DNA from: Phycisphaerae bacterium
Lineage (GTDB): Bacteria; Planctomycetota; Phycisphaerae; Sedimentisphaerales; Anaerohalosphaeraceae
NCBI GenBank assembly: GCA_029858345.1
Contig: JAOUFG010000002.1
Location: 13,903-77,902, forward strand
Length of the DNA stretch: 64,000 bases
Direction: 5' to 3'
This document shows positions 9,580 through 19,234 of this stretch, piece by piece. Made by a program: the position numbers and the translations under genes. The notes beneath the pieces were generated by a model. It saw only the letters and a program-made list of their open reading frames with translations, had not been told where the DNA came from and did no database searches. Every line of letters starts with the position of its first letter. Within the stretch, counting starts at the first letter, position 1.

Positions 9580-12500
9580 CTAAAGCTGTTTGATGTCAAA
9601 CATCAGGTTATGGAAGATTTCTTCGGTTAGCAGAATCTTTTTATGCGGGTCGTTCAGTGTTGTATCGCCGTTGATATAGATCGCGTGATATTCGGTATCG
9701 GCGGTATTGATCCGCAGCGTCTCGGTGACAAACTGCTCCAGGGCGGCGTTGTCTTTTTCGGTGACATTGCGCCAGATCACCAGCACTGTCTCTCCAACCG
9801 GATTTTCGCCTTCGATGGTCAAAAAGCCGTCCCGCATCTTGACCTCGCGAACACGCAGGCCCAGCAAGTAATTGAAGGTTTCGGGCAGGTCGATCTGTTT
9901 GGGTTCGGCGGTGCCGGTTTCGCGATTGTAGATTTTCAGCGTCGTATCAAACGGATTTTCAAATCGATCCAAGGCCAGCAGAGAACCGCGGGTTTCGATG
10001 TCCAGCATATAATTAATCAGATACTGCTGCTGTACCTCATCCGAAAGTCCCAATAAGTCCTGCTGGCGATCTTCCATTTCCAGATTGTTCAACGTGTCCT
10101 CATAGCTTTCAAGACGGATATATTTGAAGCATTGAGAGATACCCGTGTTTCTTGCACTTGGCTTACCTTGGCTCCAATCTATGCTATATGTTGCTTTTTG
10201 GATACGGGATTTCAAAACCGTGTCAAAATATTCGCCCATTTCAACCAGAATGTATTTTCGTTGGCCCCCATCTTCGCGATTAAGATTAATAACAGAATGC
10301 CCTGTCGTGCCAGAACCAGCAAAATAATCGAGAACACAGCTTGTTTTATCGACATTGGAAACTCTTAAGCAATCTTCCACTGCATGAACAGACTTAGGAA
10401 ACGAAAATCGTTCCTTTTCGCCCATGATATTTGCAAGGAGATTGGTTCCGTATGCAGTTGATGAGTACTCTTTTTTGTCCCAAATCGTTCTAGGGAGAGT
10501 ACCTTCTTCGTTAATGCGAGCTTTGCGATATATGGCTCGTTTCCGATCCTGATCAATTCCTACTCGAAACTCTTCGGGATTATCTCTTGCAGTGTCACTG
10601 CCCCATTTCCATGTTTTATCTACTCCTGAAGAGTCCACAGGATAGATAATTTGTTCATCGGTACGTGGTTCTTCATTTAAAATCCACTCATTATTATCCA
10701 CATCCCATTCCATAGATGGTATGCGAAGGTTATCTTCAGATGCAAAAATTGGATAAAATAGTTTGGGGCGAGCATATCGGTTAGCATTTGCACCACCATG
10801 CTTGCGAAAATTGACCCATTCAAAACGTCCTTTCTCATCTTGCTCATTATATCTCGATATTTGTTCTTCTGAATGGCTGAGCCGACCTATTGCTGTAAAT
10901 TCTGATTTAGTTGTAAATAACGCATATTCATGTGAAATTGAAAAACCCTTCGGCGTTGCTCTACCTGAGGGGTTATTTTTAATCGCAGCTACGCCTACAA
11001 TTCCTTCCTCAGAATATAACTGTTCCAAGAGGTATCTAAGTCCAGCAAATTCAAAATCATCAATTGTTATGCACTGCATGCCATCTTTGCTGATTAAATC
11101 TTTGCCTGTAGATATACGATTTTCAATATAACTTAGCCATGAAGAACTCTTATATCCATTTTTATAAATTATCTCAGAAGCAGATGTGTTATATGGTGGA
11201 TCAATATAAACACATTTAATCTGCTCCTTATATCGTTTCTGCAAAAGATTCAATGCTTGAAAGTTTTCCGAGTGAATCAGGAAGCCATTAAGCTGGGCAT
11301 CAATGTCATCAATAGAGTCCAGCAGGCGGTATTTGAAATCCGCATCGAAAAAGCATGTATCCAGTACCAAAAACGGGTTGGCCTTGAGAAATTCCACGGT
11401 TAATGGATCTGAGTATGCCGGGCTGCCGGTTTGGAGCAAGTCGCCGGTTGCGGCCGTAATTTCATCAATGGCAAACAGCTTAATCCATTCTTGCCTTTGG
11501 GCGTCATTGGCAGCAATTTCGGAGTACATGGTTTCGGGTATTCGGTCCAGCGTGATACAGTAGTTGGTTTCATAGATGAATTTCTTTTTAAGCCACAGTT
11601 TCTTTTGAAAATCCTCAAACTGGGCCAAAAAAGCAATCAGGTCCTTGGCGATCAGGCGAATCGCTTTGATCTTGCGAATTTCCGCTTCCAGATAATTGGC
11701 GGGCCTGTCATCGATGTCGTCCAGGTACATCACTTCATTCTTGATATAGAAGTCCAGTTCATTGGTCAAAAAGGCCCCGAGGTCTTTATGGATGAAGTAA
11801 TCGCTGGTGTTTTTCTTCGTATAGTTCTGCAGGTGTTTCTGCAGGACAGTCCGACCGTCTGTACCAGTGTAGGTTTCATCATTAGTACCCAGCCGCTGTT
11901 TCCATTCGGTAGGCACCTTGGCATTGATAACGGTTTCCAGTTCGGCCACGAGCTGGTTGTTATTCGGGGTTCGTCCCGTGAATTCTTTGAAGTGGAAGGG
12001 AATCACCAGGGCATTGTCCACTTCCTCAACATCGGCTTCATCGTCGATGACAAAAAGGCGTTTCGCTACATTATTATTCTGGACTGCGTCCATACGCGAC
12101 AGTTTGAATTTGACACGATATGAATTGCCGCCTTGTTCGATGTTGAAGGTGTAATCCTTCATGTCCTCGGACGATTTGATATAGTACTGGTCTTTATTGG
12201 CCCAGTGCAGCAGGACTTCTTCGCCATTGTAGGGAATCGCATATTTACTCTTATTGCTGCTGCGGCGAAGCGAGATAAAATCGGCGTCATCGTAATACCG
12301 GCTGAAAAAGTCGTATAAATGTGAATAGACTTCCGTCTCGATGCGATCCAGATCGGCGGCATTGCCGGTGGTTTCCAAAAGGGACAGGTACTGCTGGCCT
12401 AACGAATCCTGCTGTGCTGCGGTATCGACCAATGTACCGTTATCGTCAAAGGCGCGTCTGCCGAATTCATCGATGATGCGGGTCTTCAGTTCTTCCAGAC

Positions 12501-12690
12501 GCTCGGCGTTCTGTGCGACGGACAGTTCGGATAAAACGGCCTTGACCTTGCTCGGCAAAGTCGCGGTCAGGTACTGTGTAATCTGGGCGTGTTTTTGTTT
12601 GATAATGCGGTGGATGCCAAAATCCAGGTCGGCTTTGTCCAACTCGAACAATTCGGCCAGTTTGGCAACCAGTTCTTCAAATTTACTCAT
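9580..12690 (-). CDS. Large beta-class N6/N4 DNA methyltransferase (type III Mod-like)
   Basis: Motif IV IDPPYNT precedes motif I VLDYFAGSGTTGHS (beta-class order). About 480 aa of unassigned N-terminal extension. Confidence 0.85.
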   Translation of the reverse strand: MSKFEELVAKLAELFELDKADLDFGIHRIIKQKHAQITQYLTATLPSKVKAVLSELSVAQNAERLEELKTRIIDEFGRRAFDDNGTLVDTAAQQDSLGQQYLSLLETTGNAADLDRIETEVYSHLYDFFSRYYDDADFISLRRSSNKSKYAIPYNGEEVLLHWANKDQYYIKSSEDMKDYTFNIEQGGNSYRVKFKLSRMDAVQNNNVAKRLFVIDDEADVEEVDNALVIPFHFKEFTGRTPNNNQLVAELETVINAKVPTEWKQRLGTNDETYTGTDGRTVLQKHLQNYTKKNTSDYFIHKDLGAFLTNELDFYIKNEVMYLDDIDDRPANYLEAEIRKIKAIRLIAKDLIAFLAQFEDFQKKLWLKKKFIYETNYCITLDRIPETMYSEIAANDAQRQEWIKLFAIDEITAATGDLLQTGSPAYSDPLTVEFLKANPFLVLDTCFFDADFKYRLLDSIDDIDAQLNGFLIHSENFQALNLLQKRYKEQIKCVYIDPPYNTSASEIIYKNGYKSSSWLSYIENRISTGKDLISKDGMQCITIDDFEFAGLRYLLEQLYSEEGIVGVAAIKNNPSGRATPKGFSISHEYALFTTKSEFTAIGRLSHSEEQISRYNEQDEKGRFEWVNFRKHGGANANRYARPKLFYPIFASEDNLRIPSMEWDVDNNEWILNEEPRTDEQIIYPVDSSGVDKTWKWGSDTARDNPEEFRVGIDQDRKRAIYRKARINEEGTLPRTIWDKKEYSSTAYGTNLLANIMGEKERFSFPKSVHAVEDCLRVSNVDKTSCVLDYFAGSGTTGHSVINLNREDGGQRKYILVEMGEYFDTVLKSRIQKATYSIDWSQGKPSARNTGISQCFKYIRLESYEDTLNNLEMEDRQQDLLGLSDEVQQQYLINYMLDIETRGSLLALDRFENPFDTTLKIYNRETGTAEPKQIDLPETFNYLLGLRVREVKMRDGFLTIEGENPVGETVLVIWRNVTEKDNAALEQFVTETLRINTADTEYHAIYINGDTTLNDPHKKILLTEEIFHNLMFDIKQL

Positions 12691-12717
12691 GTATGATTTC
12701 CCACTATCCGTAAAAGG

Positions 12718-15624
12718 TTAACTCATTTCCCATCGTATCATAAACAGAGGGCTTAGCTCTGTATTCTGTACCATCTTTTTGCGCAAAGCATCGATCAGCA
12801 GATCCCGCTTTTCCTCGGCCTGAGTTTCGACTTCGTCGATCTGCCGCCGAGCCGCGCGTTTTTTTCGTTCCAGAACTCGGATGTTTTCCTGTGCGGCGGT
12901 TTGCTCGTCAACCGTTCTGGCATAAGCGGCCTCTCTTCTGGCCGCACGAATCTCGGCTTTGGCCATGTCCAATTGCCGTTCGGCGGCGGCCACAACATCA
13001 TCGACCCAGCGATTCAGCTGCAACTGACGCTCGACAAAGTGGTGGTTATTTTCTTCCAGCGACCGGGCAAGGGTCGATTGTGCGAACACCTGAGCATCCG
13101 CATTGAGCCGCTCGGCAATCCCTTCCGGCACGTCAACCGGTCCCTTGGCGGATGCATCCAGCTTGAACAACTGCTCTAAAACATCGTGACTGAGATTGCT
13201 GCCAGTATCGGTAAACCCGGAAAACAGGAGATATTCTTCCTCGTCCAGACTGTTGATCCGCAGCCGATTTAATATCAGCCAACCGCTGTCGGCTTTAAGC
13301 GACTCCAAAACGGATATTTTAGACGCATAGCCGGAAAGGTCAAATGTTACTTTGCCCGCCTCGGTCATCAGTTCTTTTGCCTGCTGGATACAGTATTCTC
13401 CCAGCGGATGGGACAGGCGATACAGGAAGATGTTTTCCGCATCCACCTGACCATCCAGCGATGAATCTTTGATGCGGACATCGCGTTTTCGGTTCAGGTG
13501 GTATCGACCAAGCGGCAGTTGGGGAACCGGCGTGGTGTCCAGATAGAAACTGAGATCGTCCTCATTGAACCGGGCATTGCCATCCAGCATGAACCGCGTC
13601 AGTCGCCAGAATTTACGGCCAACCGCATCCAGCATCTGCAATGCCTGATCGTAATCGACCTTCAGGCGAGAATGAACTTCTTCATCGAAGTACTCCAGCA
13701 CTTTCTGACGGGTGTCCTGCAGGCGAAGCTGAATCTGCTCATCCAATTCCTGCTGCAAACGACGGAACCCCTCTTCGATTTGCTCAGGGGTGCGGCACTG
13801 CTGGTACAAGTCCAATATACGGGATTCAAACGCAGCAGAACTGTCCAGACGGCCCAGGACTTCATCGGATGCCCCAAAGACACCTTCAAACAGATTGAAT
13901 TTATGCCTCAGCAGGTCATAGACCCGCTGGTCGGCGGCATTGCGTTCATTCAGGAAATTGACCACCACGACATCGTGCTTTTGACCATATCGATGCACGC
14001 GGCCAATTCGCTGTTCAACCCGCTGTGGATTCCACGGCAGGTCAAAGTTGATCAGCAATGAACAAAACTGGAGATTGATCCCTTCGGCAGCCGCCTCTGT
14101 AGCAATCATGACCTTCGCTTCCTTCTCAAAGCAGTCTATGATGGCATGACGCATGTCAATGGCCCTGGAACCGGAGATTTTTCCGGTGTCCTGATTCTTG
14201 TCGAGCCATTTCTGATATATCTGTGTCGATTGCGGGTCCGTATTCGAGCCGGAAAAAGTGACGACCTGTCCGGCATACCCATTGCTTTCCAGAAAGTTTT
14301 TCAGATATTGCTGGGTCCGGCGGGATTCTGTAAAGACCACTGCTTTTTGCAGTGCCCCCATCGCAGCCATTTTTTCATAGCCGATTTCAAGACCTTTGAG
14401 TAAATGGCGGGTTTTTGTGTCAATCCCGATGCTGCGAGCCCAGCGAATATATTGATCAATTTCCTGGATTTCCGCTTCCAGCTTGTCTTTGTCTATGACT
14501 TCATCTTCCTCGTCTGACTGAGATTCTTCGGTTTCTTCTTCCATTTCTTCGAGAAGTTCTTCGATCAGGTCTTCATCCAGATCGTCCTGGCCCAGCAGAA
14601 TCGATGTCATATCCTGCGTGTCCACCGCCTGATCCCTTAGACCAATGAGCCGCTGGCGAATGACTTCCAGCGTTCCGGCAAGGGCAACCGGCGAGGAAGC
14701 GAGGACCTTGCGGACGACTACAACGGTCAAGTGTTTTTGCTGCTTAGGCAGCGCGTAGGTGCCTTCCCGCTGGAGGAAAGCGGAAACCGATTCATACAGC
14801 CGGTGTTCTTCATCGTTCGGGCGGAAACGAATGGTTGTCAGTTTTCGTTCGGTGTATTGAACAAACTCCAGCACTTCCCTTCGCAACGTTCGCTTACAAA
14901 AACCGTTCAGCCGTGCCCGGAGGTCTTCAAGGTCGCCGTCTGAATTGGCATACAGCGTTCGGAATGTCGGCAAGTCGCCAAATAACTGGTCGTCAATCAG
15001 TGTTGTAATCCCATACAATTCCGTGAGTGAATTTTGCAGCGGCGTCGCCGTCAGCAGGAGTTTGCGGCGGTCTTCCAAAGCCCAGCGTATATTTTGACCG
15101 ATTTTATTGCTGGCACGGTAGGAATTACGGAGTTTATGAGCTTCATCGATCACCACCAAATCCCACTGGACCTGCCGGATGTCGGCCGCCATGCAACTGG
15201 CATAATGAAGCGATGTGATAACGATTTGTTTTGTGCTGAAGGGGTTTGGATTTCCATCTTTTTGGGCTTTACGATACAGTTTTGAGTCCACCACTGTGCA
15301 GGGCAGGTTAAATTTGTCCTCCAGTTCAATCTGCCATTGCTTGCGTAAGGATGCGGGGCAAACAACCAGCAAGTTACGCTTCCGTTCGGCCCAATACTGT
15401 GAAAGAACAAGCCCGGCTTCAATGGTTTTGCCCAGACCGACTTCATCCGCTAATAATGCCCCTTTGGAAAGCGGGGACCGGAGGGCAAATACGGCCGCCT
15501 CAACCTGGTGGGGATTTAAGTCGACACACGCATCGAAAAGAGACTGCGAGAGACGATCAATCCCCTTACCTCCTTGACGCGTTAAGTCATATGCAAAATA
15601 TTTAGCGTGATAATCTGTACTCAT
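12718..15624 (-). CDS. SNF2-family helicase
   Basis: LADEVGLGKTIEAG (motif I), VIDEAHKLRN (motif II), helicase-C motifs (QRIGRVHRYGQ) and a long coiled-coil C-terminus. I prefer the ATG at 15624 (MSTDYHAKYF) over the track's GTG at 15660. Confidence 0.85.
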   Translation of the reverse strand: MSTDYHAKYFAYDLTRQGGKGIDRLSQSLFDACVDLNPHQVEAAVFALRSPLSKGALLADEVGLGKTIEAGLVLSQYWAERKRNLLVVCPASLRKQWQIELEDKFNLPCTVVDSKLYRKAQKDGNPNPFSTKQIVITSLHYASCMAADIRQVQWDLVVIDEAHKLRNSYRASNKIGQNIRWALEDRRKLLLTATPLQNSLTELYGITTLIDDQLFGDLPTFRTLYANSDGDLEDLRARLNGFCKRTLRREVLEFVQYTERKLTTIRFRPNDEEHRLYESVSAFLQREGTYALPKQQKHLTVVVVRKVLASSPVALAGTLEVIRQRLIGLRDQAVDTQDMTSILLGQDDLDEDLIEELLEEMEEETEESQSDEEDEVIDKDKLEAEIQEIDQYIRWARSIGIDTKTRHLLKGLEIGYEKMAAMGALQKAVVFTESRRTQQYLKNFLESNGYAGQVVTFSGSNTDPQSTQIYQKWLDKNQDTGKISGSRAIDMRHAIIDCFEKEAKVMIATEAAAEGINLQFCSLLINFDLPWNPQRVEQRIGRVHRYGQKHDVVVVNFLNERNAADQRVYDLLRHKFNLFEGVFGASDEVLGRLDSSAAFESRILDLYQQCRTPEQIEEGFRRLQQELDEQIQLRLQDTRQKVLEYFDEEVHSRLKVDYDQALQMLDAVGRKFWRLTRFMLDGNARFNEDDLSFYLDTTPVPQLPLGRYHLNRKRDVRIKDSSLDGQVDAENIFLYRLSHPLGEYCIQQAKELMTEAGKVTFDLSGYASKISVLESLKADSGWLILNRLRINSLDEEEYLLFSGFTDTGSNLSHDVLEQLFKLDASAKGPVDVPEGIAERLNADAQVFAQSTLARSLEENNHHFVERQLQLNRWVDDVVAAAERQLDMAKAEIRAARREAAYARTVDEQTAAQENIRVLERKKRAARRQIDEVETQAEEKRDLLIDALRKKMVQNTELSPLFMIRWEMS

Positions 15625-15726
15625 ACAGTCCTGTTTTACAGAAGACGGCCTTCTTGACACCGAATGATAACGCTGAAAAGCTCATTTTACAACCCAATTC
15701 CAGATAAAACTCGTTACTAATTACAT

Positions 15727-16002
15727 TTACGTAATAAATGAATTCTCTGGACCGAAACACACAAGCGGCAACCCCTCGCAATCGGCCTGATCGAAGCAAA
15801 ACAGACGTTTAAACCGGTTTTTCAGGCTATCAGGGCCGGGGAATAGGTGTTTTTCGACCTTCTTGAAGTCTTTCGGACTTAAACTGCCCAGATATCTGCA
15901 GAGTCTAGCCCAACGTTCTGGATCAATACCATCGGAAAGCTCGCGCCAGAGACCAGTTTCAGAAACAGTAGGTTCGGCAAACAATAAACCTTGTGAGGAC
16001 AT
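15727..16002 (-). CDS. Hypothetical small protein (91 aa) at the head of the defence cluster
   Basis: Track ORF with AAGGA about 9 nt upstream of the ATG. No motif recognised; coding status uncertain. Confidence 0.3.
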   Translation of the reverse strand: MSSQGLLFAEPTVSETGLWRELSDGIDPERWARLCRYLGSLSPKDFKKVEKHLFPGPDSLKNRFKRLFCFDQADCEGLPLVCFGPENSFIT

Positions 16003-16146
16003 GGGAAATTCCTTTCAACCAATCGTTCTGGATTAGTTAAAAGGGCTTAGGAGGGAGGTGGGCAAGCCAGAGCTCGGTGCAACCCTTACTGTAAAGGGTT
16101 ATTATATCGGCAAAAGGGTTTTATGCGAATAAATTTTTCTGTCCTC

Positions 16147-16175
16147 TTGCCTTGAAAGCCTGTTTTTAGTATAAT
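16147..16175 (+). promoter_or_regulatory. Putative sigma70-type promoter (TTGCCT-17 nt-TATAAT)
   Basis: TTGCCT at 16147-16152 and TATAAT at 16170-16175, about 25 nt upstream of the AGGAG RBS and ATG at 16201. Confidence 0.4.
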
Positions 16176-16200
16176 TTCGGCGATTAAAACAGGAGATACT

Positions 16201-16758
16201 ATGGCAACGAAACCGACAAAAATATACCAACTCGAAATATGGTTAAATGAGATTAAACCTCGTATCTGGCGGAAATTAGAGGTTTCCGCCAGTGTTAAAC
16301 TGGATAAGCTGCACGAGATTATCCAAGAAGTCATGGGGTGGACAAATTCGCACTTGCATTCCTTTAATGTAGATGGATATGAGTACAGCATGCCGTATCC
16401 GGGCGACGAGGCTTACAATGAAGGGGTGCTGGATGAAAGAAAGGCCAAATTGACCGATTTGGTCGGCCACGTCAAGGACCGGTTCGTCTACGTCTATGAT
16501 TACGGCGACAACTGGGAGCATACTGTCGAATTGGTGGAGATCAAGGAACCGCAAAAAGGCGTTAAATACCCGGTCTGCCTGGATGGCCAGCGAGCCTGCC
16601 CGCCGGAAGACTGCGGAGGGCCATGGAGCTATCCGGAACTTCTGGAAACCCTCAATGACCCCGATCACGAGGAATATGAGGAAGTGCTCGAATGGGTCGG
16701 CGATGAATTCGACCCGGAAGTATTCGATGTCAATGAGGTCAACGACCTGCTCCGGTAA
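16201..16758 (+). CDS. pRiA4b ORF-3 / MM3350-like family protein
   Basis: N-terminal IYQLEIWLNEIKPRIWRKLEV, YVYDYGDNWEH and CPPEDCGG motifs characteristic of this family (from memory). Strong RBS ACAGGAGA. Confidence 0.75.
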   Translation: MATKPTKIYQLEIWLNEIKPRIWRKLEVSASVKLDKLHEIIQEVMGWTNSHLHSFNVDGYEYSMPYPGDEAYNEGVLDERKAKLTDLVGHVKDRFVYVYDYGDNWEHTVELVEIKEPQKGVKYPVCLDGQRACPPEDCGGPWSYPELLETLNDPDHEEYEEVLEWVGDEFDPEVFDVNEVNDLLR

Positions 16759-16800
16759 CTTGAAATCAGCCCTATATTTAAGCAACAAGCAAAGGCACCA

Positions 16801-18990
16801 ATGGCTTCGCAATATCAACCAAAAGATCACATCCAGCGACTGGACATCGCTCCACGGCCTGAAGGTGTGTTTGATCAACGTGAGATTACGATCCAGTCCT
16901 ACCAAACAACGGTTCCATTTGATTATGCTCAGTTTGATGCAGCTATTGAATCAGCATGGCTGAAGCCACAAATCCGATTCGGGGTATTCTCCCGCACCCC
17001 TGTAGTAGACAACAGCGAGCGATCCATAGATGTTGTCCTTGGTCTGCAGGACGAGTTGTCTGTGCGTGCCTATGATTATGACAATCGCCGACCAATCTAC
17101 TATTCATGGCAGGATTTGGTTGTCGATACGGTAAGCATCCACTATTTCTGCGATGAAGACGGACTCCTTCGTTTCACCACAACAGGCGGCGGCCGGAAGA
17201 TCACAGATGATCGACTGTACGATTTTAACGCATCTTTTCTGGAAATCCCTAAGGATGCGGTGAGCAAACGACACTTCGATTTGGATAAGCTGCGGGAACT
17301 CTGCTTTGGTCGTTTCTGTGACCGACTCCACATGATCAAAGTAACCGATCCATCTGATGAAGGATATCGAAGTATTGACCATGCTCAGTTCCAAAGCCGT
17401 GAGTACTTCGATCCCAAAGCTGACAGACTCAATGAACTTAAAAATGATCCAACGGTAAAGGTTGAATCGTTCGATTCTGATATTGAAGTCCATGCGGATA
17501 TCCTGGCTCAGAGCATTAGGGTCCGCTTCTTTATTCGCGGTTCAAGTGGCTCACTTCGTCTTCGTTTGCCCAAAATCCACTATAAACACGAATACAAAAG
17601 CGTTGATGAGCAGACACACGCTTTCTATAAGCTGGTTGACACAGCTGTTAACTGCATTCTTGATGCAGACTACTACTCCCAACAAAAACGCTCGCTTGAG
17701 GATTTGAGCAGTGAATTGCAAGTCTTGTCTCCTGACCTGGTTGACCTGGCCCCATTTCGAGATGTTCTTGTTAGTGAGAATGAGCGGCAAAAGTTCTTCG
17801 ACGGCCTTAAATTGGATCGATGGGAGCAATGGCAACCTCATATGCGCGTATTAAATGAATTGATCTCCTCTGAAGTTATCAAAAACCATATTGAGGGATT
17901 GCTGAACAGGCTCGTAACAACCGAACCATTGAAAGCGGCAAATCTCTTAGTGGAATGTTGCAATGGCGCTCTCTTGAATGACATCGGTACGATTCTCGCC
18001 CATTCATGTGCCGATAAACTCCAGGGAATCGATGAAAAACACCGCTCATATCTTGAAGAAGCAATTCTGGCATGGGCTGTCTCGCACGAACAAGACGCTT
18101 GGGATGTTGTACTGGATAGGAATGAAATCGAGGTATTCAGTATTCATTGGAAGACGGATGACCTGTCAACCGACGTACTTGCCAAAATCCTCTGGAAGCT
18201 CATCGGCGTATTTCATGATCGTCTACTCAACAGCCAAGGGAACACTCACGGACTGTTAAGCAAGCTCCATCAATGCGTCGGATGGGTGAAATCTCTCCCC
18301 AAAAACCTCAATGAACTTAATTCTGCTCTTAAATTGATTGTGGCTGAGAAAGTCCCAGCAAAACCATCAGCCGGTAAATATTTAACGGATATAGCCACAG
18401 CAAATATTGCCGAATTTGACAATGCTGTATTGAACACGCTTGGTCTTCCCTTATGGCCGATGATTGAAGCTTGTTCGACAGGTAAAAAGCTAATGTTAAC
18501 AAACACAGGGCTTGGCGATGCTATTAATGTGTCAATTTCTGAAGAGGGGCTGTTGTTCAACGATAAAATGCTCCCACTCGATCTCGTGGCGGGCGAATCT
18601 ATTGAGAACATAAAGGAGACAACAAATAAGCGAATTACACTTGTGTTTGAAAAATATGCCCAGAAATTCTGTGTCGATGTGCCAATCACTGAGTGTTCAG
18701 CGGAAGTGGATAGTGCAGATGTAGCACCAGATTATGATTGGGCAAAGCAGGCAGAAATAGTCAGGGCAACAATTCAGGTTCTTGGAGAAGAAGACGCTCC
18801 GGATAAGGCGACTGTTTCCAGATGGGGTCGTGACGGAAAGGTCAAAACCAACGGAGAGACAGGGCACGAATCTCGAATTGATGTAAACAGCTTTTTGACT
18901 TACATTGCTAAAGAGATGGAGCTTGAAAATTGCGAAAGAACGCAGATACGCAATGCGATTATTGGCGAAATCAATGCTCGCAAAAACTGA
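16801..18990 (+). CDS. Large hypothetical protein (729 aa), no recognisable domain
   Basis: Long uninterrupted ORF 42 nt downstream of the pRiA4b-like gene and followed by an intrinsic terminator. I can see no Walker A, nuclease triad or TM segment. Confidence 0.75.
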   Translation: MASQYQPKDHIQRLDIAPRPEGVFDQREITIQSYQTTVPFDYAQFDAAIESAWLKPQIRFGVFSRTPVVDNSERSIDVVLGLQDELSVRAYDYDNRRPIYYSWQDLVVDTVSIHYFCDEDGLLRFTTTGGGRKITDDRLYDFNASFLEIPKDAVSKRHFDLDKLRELCFGRFCDRLHMIKVTDPSDEGYRSIDHAQFQSREYFDPKADRLNELKNDPTVKVESFDSDIEVHADILAQSIRVRFFIRGSSGSLRLRLPKIHYKHEYKSVDEQTHAFYKLVDTAVNCILDADYYSQQKRSLEDLSSELQVLSPDLVDLAPFRDVLVSENERQKFFDGLKLDRWEQWQPHMRVLNELISSEVIKNHIEGLLNRLVTTEPLKAANLLVECCNGALLNDIGTILAHSCADKLQGIDEKHRSYLEEAILAWAVSHEQDAWDVVLDRNEIEVFSIHWKTDDLSTDVLAKILWKLIGVFHDRLLNSQGNTHGLLSKLHQCVGWVKSLPKNLNELNSALKLIVAEKVPAKPSAGKYLTDIATANIAEFDNAVLNTLGLPLWPMIEACSTGKKLMLTNTGLGDAINVSISEEGLLFNDKMLPLDLVAGESIENIKETTNKRITLVFEKYAQKFCVDVPITECSAEVDSADVAPDYDWAKQAEIVRATIQVLGEEDAPDKATVSRWGRDGKVKTNGETGHESRIDVNSFLTYIAKEMELENCERTQIRNAIIGEINARKN

Positions 18991-19059
18991 TGCAACACCA
19001 ATTTTGAAGTTGCAAATCAAAAAAAACTGATTTTTTTACCCTTATTATTGCGGGATGAA

Positions 19060-19092
19060 GCGGCGTAGACCTCTGGTTTACGCCGCTTTTTT
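19060..19092 (+). terminator. Rho-independent terminator
   Basis: 8-bp stem GCGGCGTA/TACGCCGC with an 11-nt loop, followed by TTTTTT (19087-19092). Confidence 0.7.
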
Positions 19093-19234
19093 GTTGCACA
19101 TTCGTTGCACTGCAAAATCCTCTTATTTAATTCCCCGCGACAGGTTCGACCAGAAACAAACTTCTGGCTGTCGCAGGGAAATCAATCGTATCGAGCCTGC
19201 CTCCTTGCCAGCCAGTTTTATAAGGAGATTCGAC

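Noticed and set aside
6340-15624. Calling the SNF2/methylase/helicase trio a bona fide class 1 DISARM system
   Set aside because: There is no DUF1998 (DrmB) or PLD (DrmC) gene, and the third gene looks Res-like rather than DrmA-like. I report only the resemblance.
19093-19234. attL as a copy of the tRNA-Phe 3' segment
   Set aside because: By eye I could not find GGCGGATTTGAACCGCC or a long sub-string here or elsewhere to the left. Only short chance matches occur, such as TTTGAACCG inside the gene at 22070. The left boundary is therefore unresolved.
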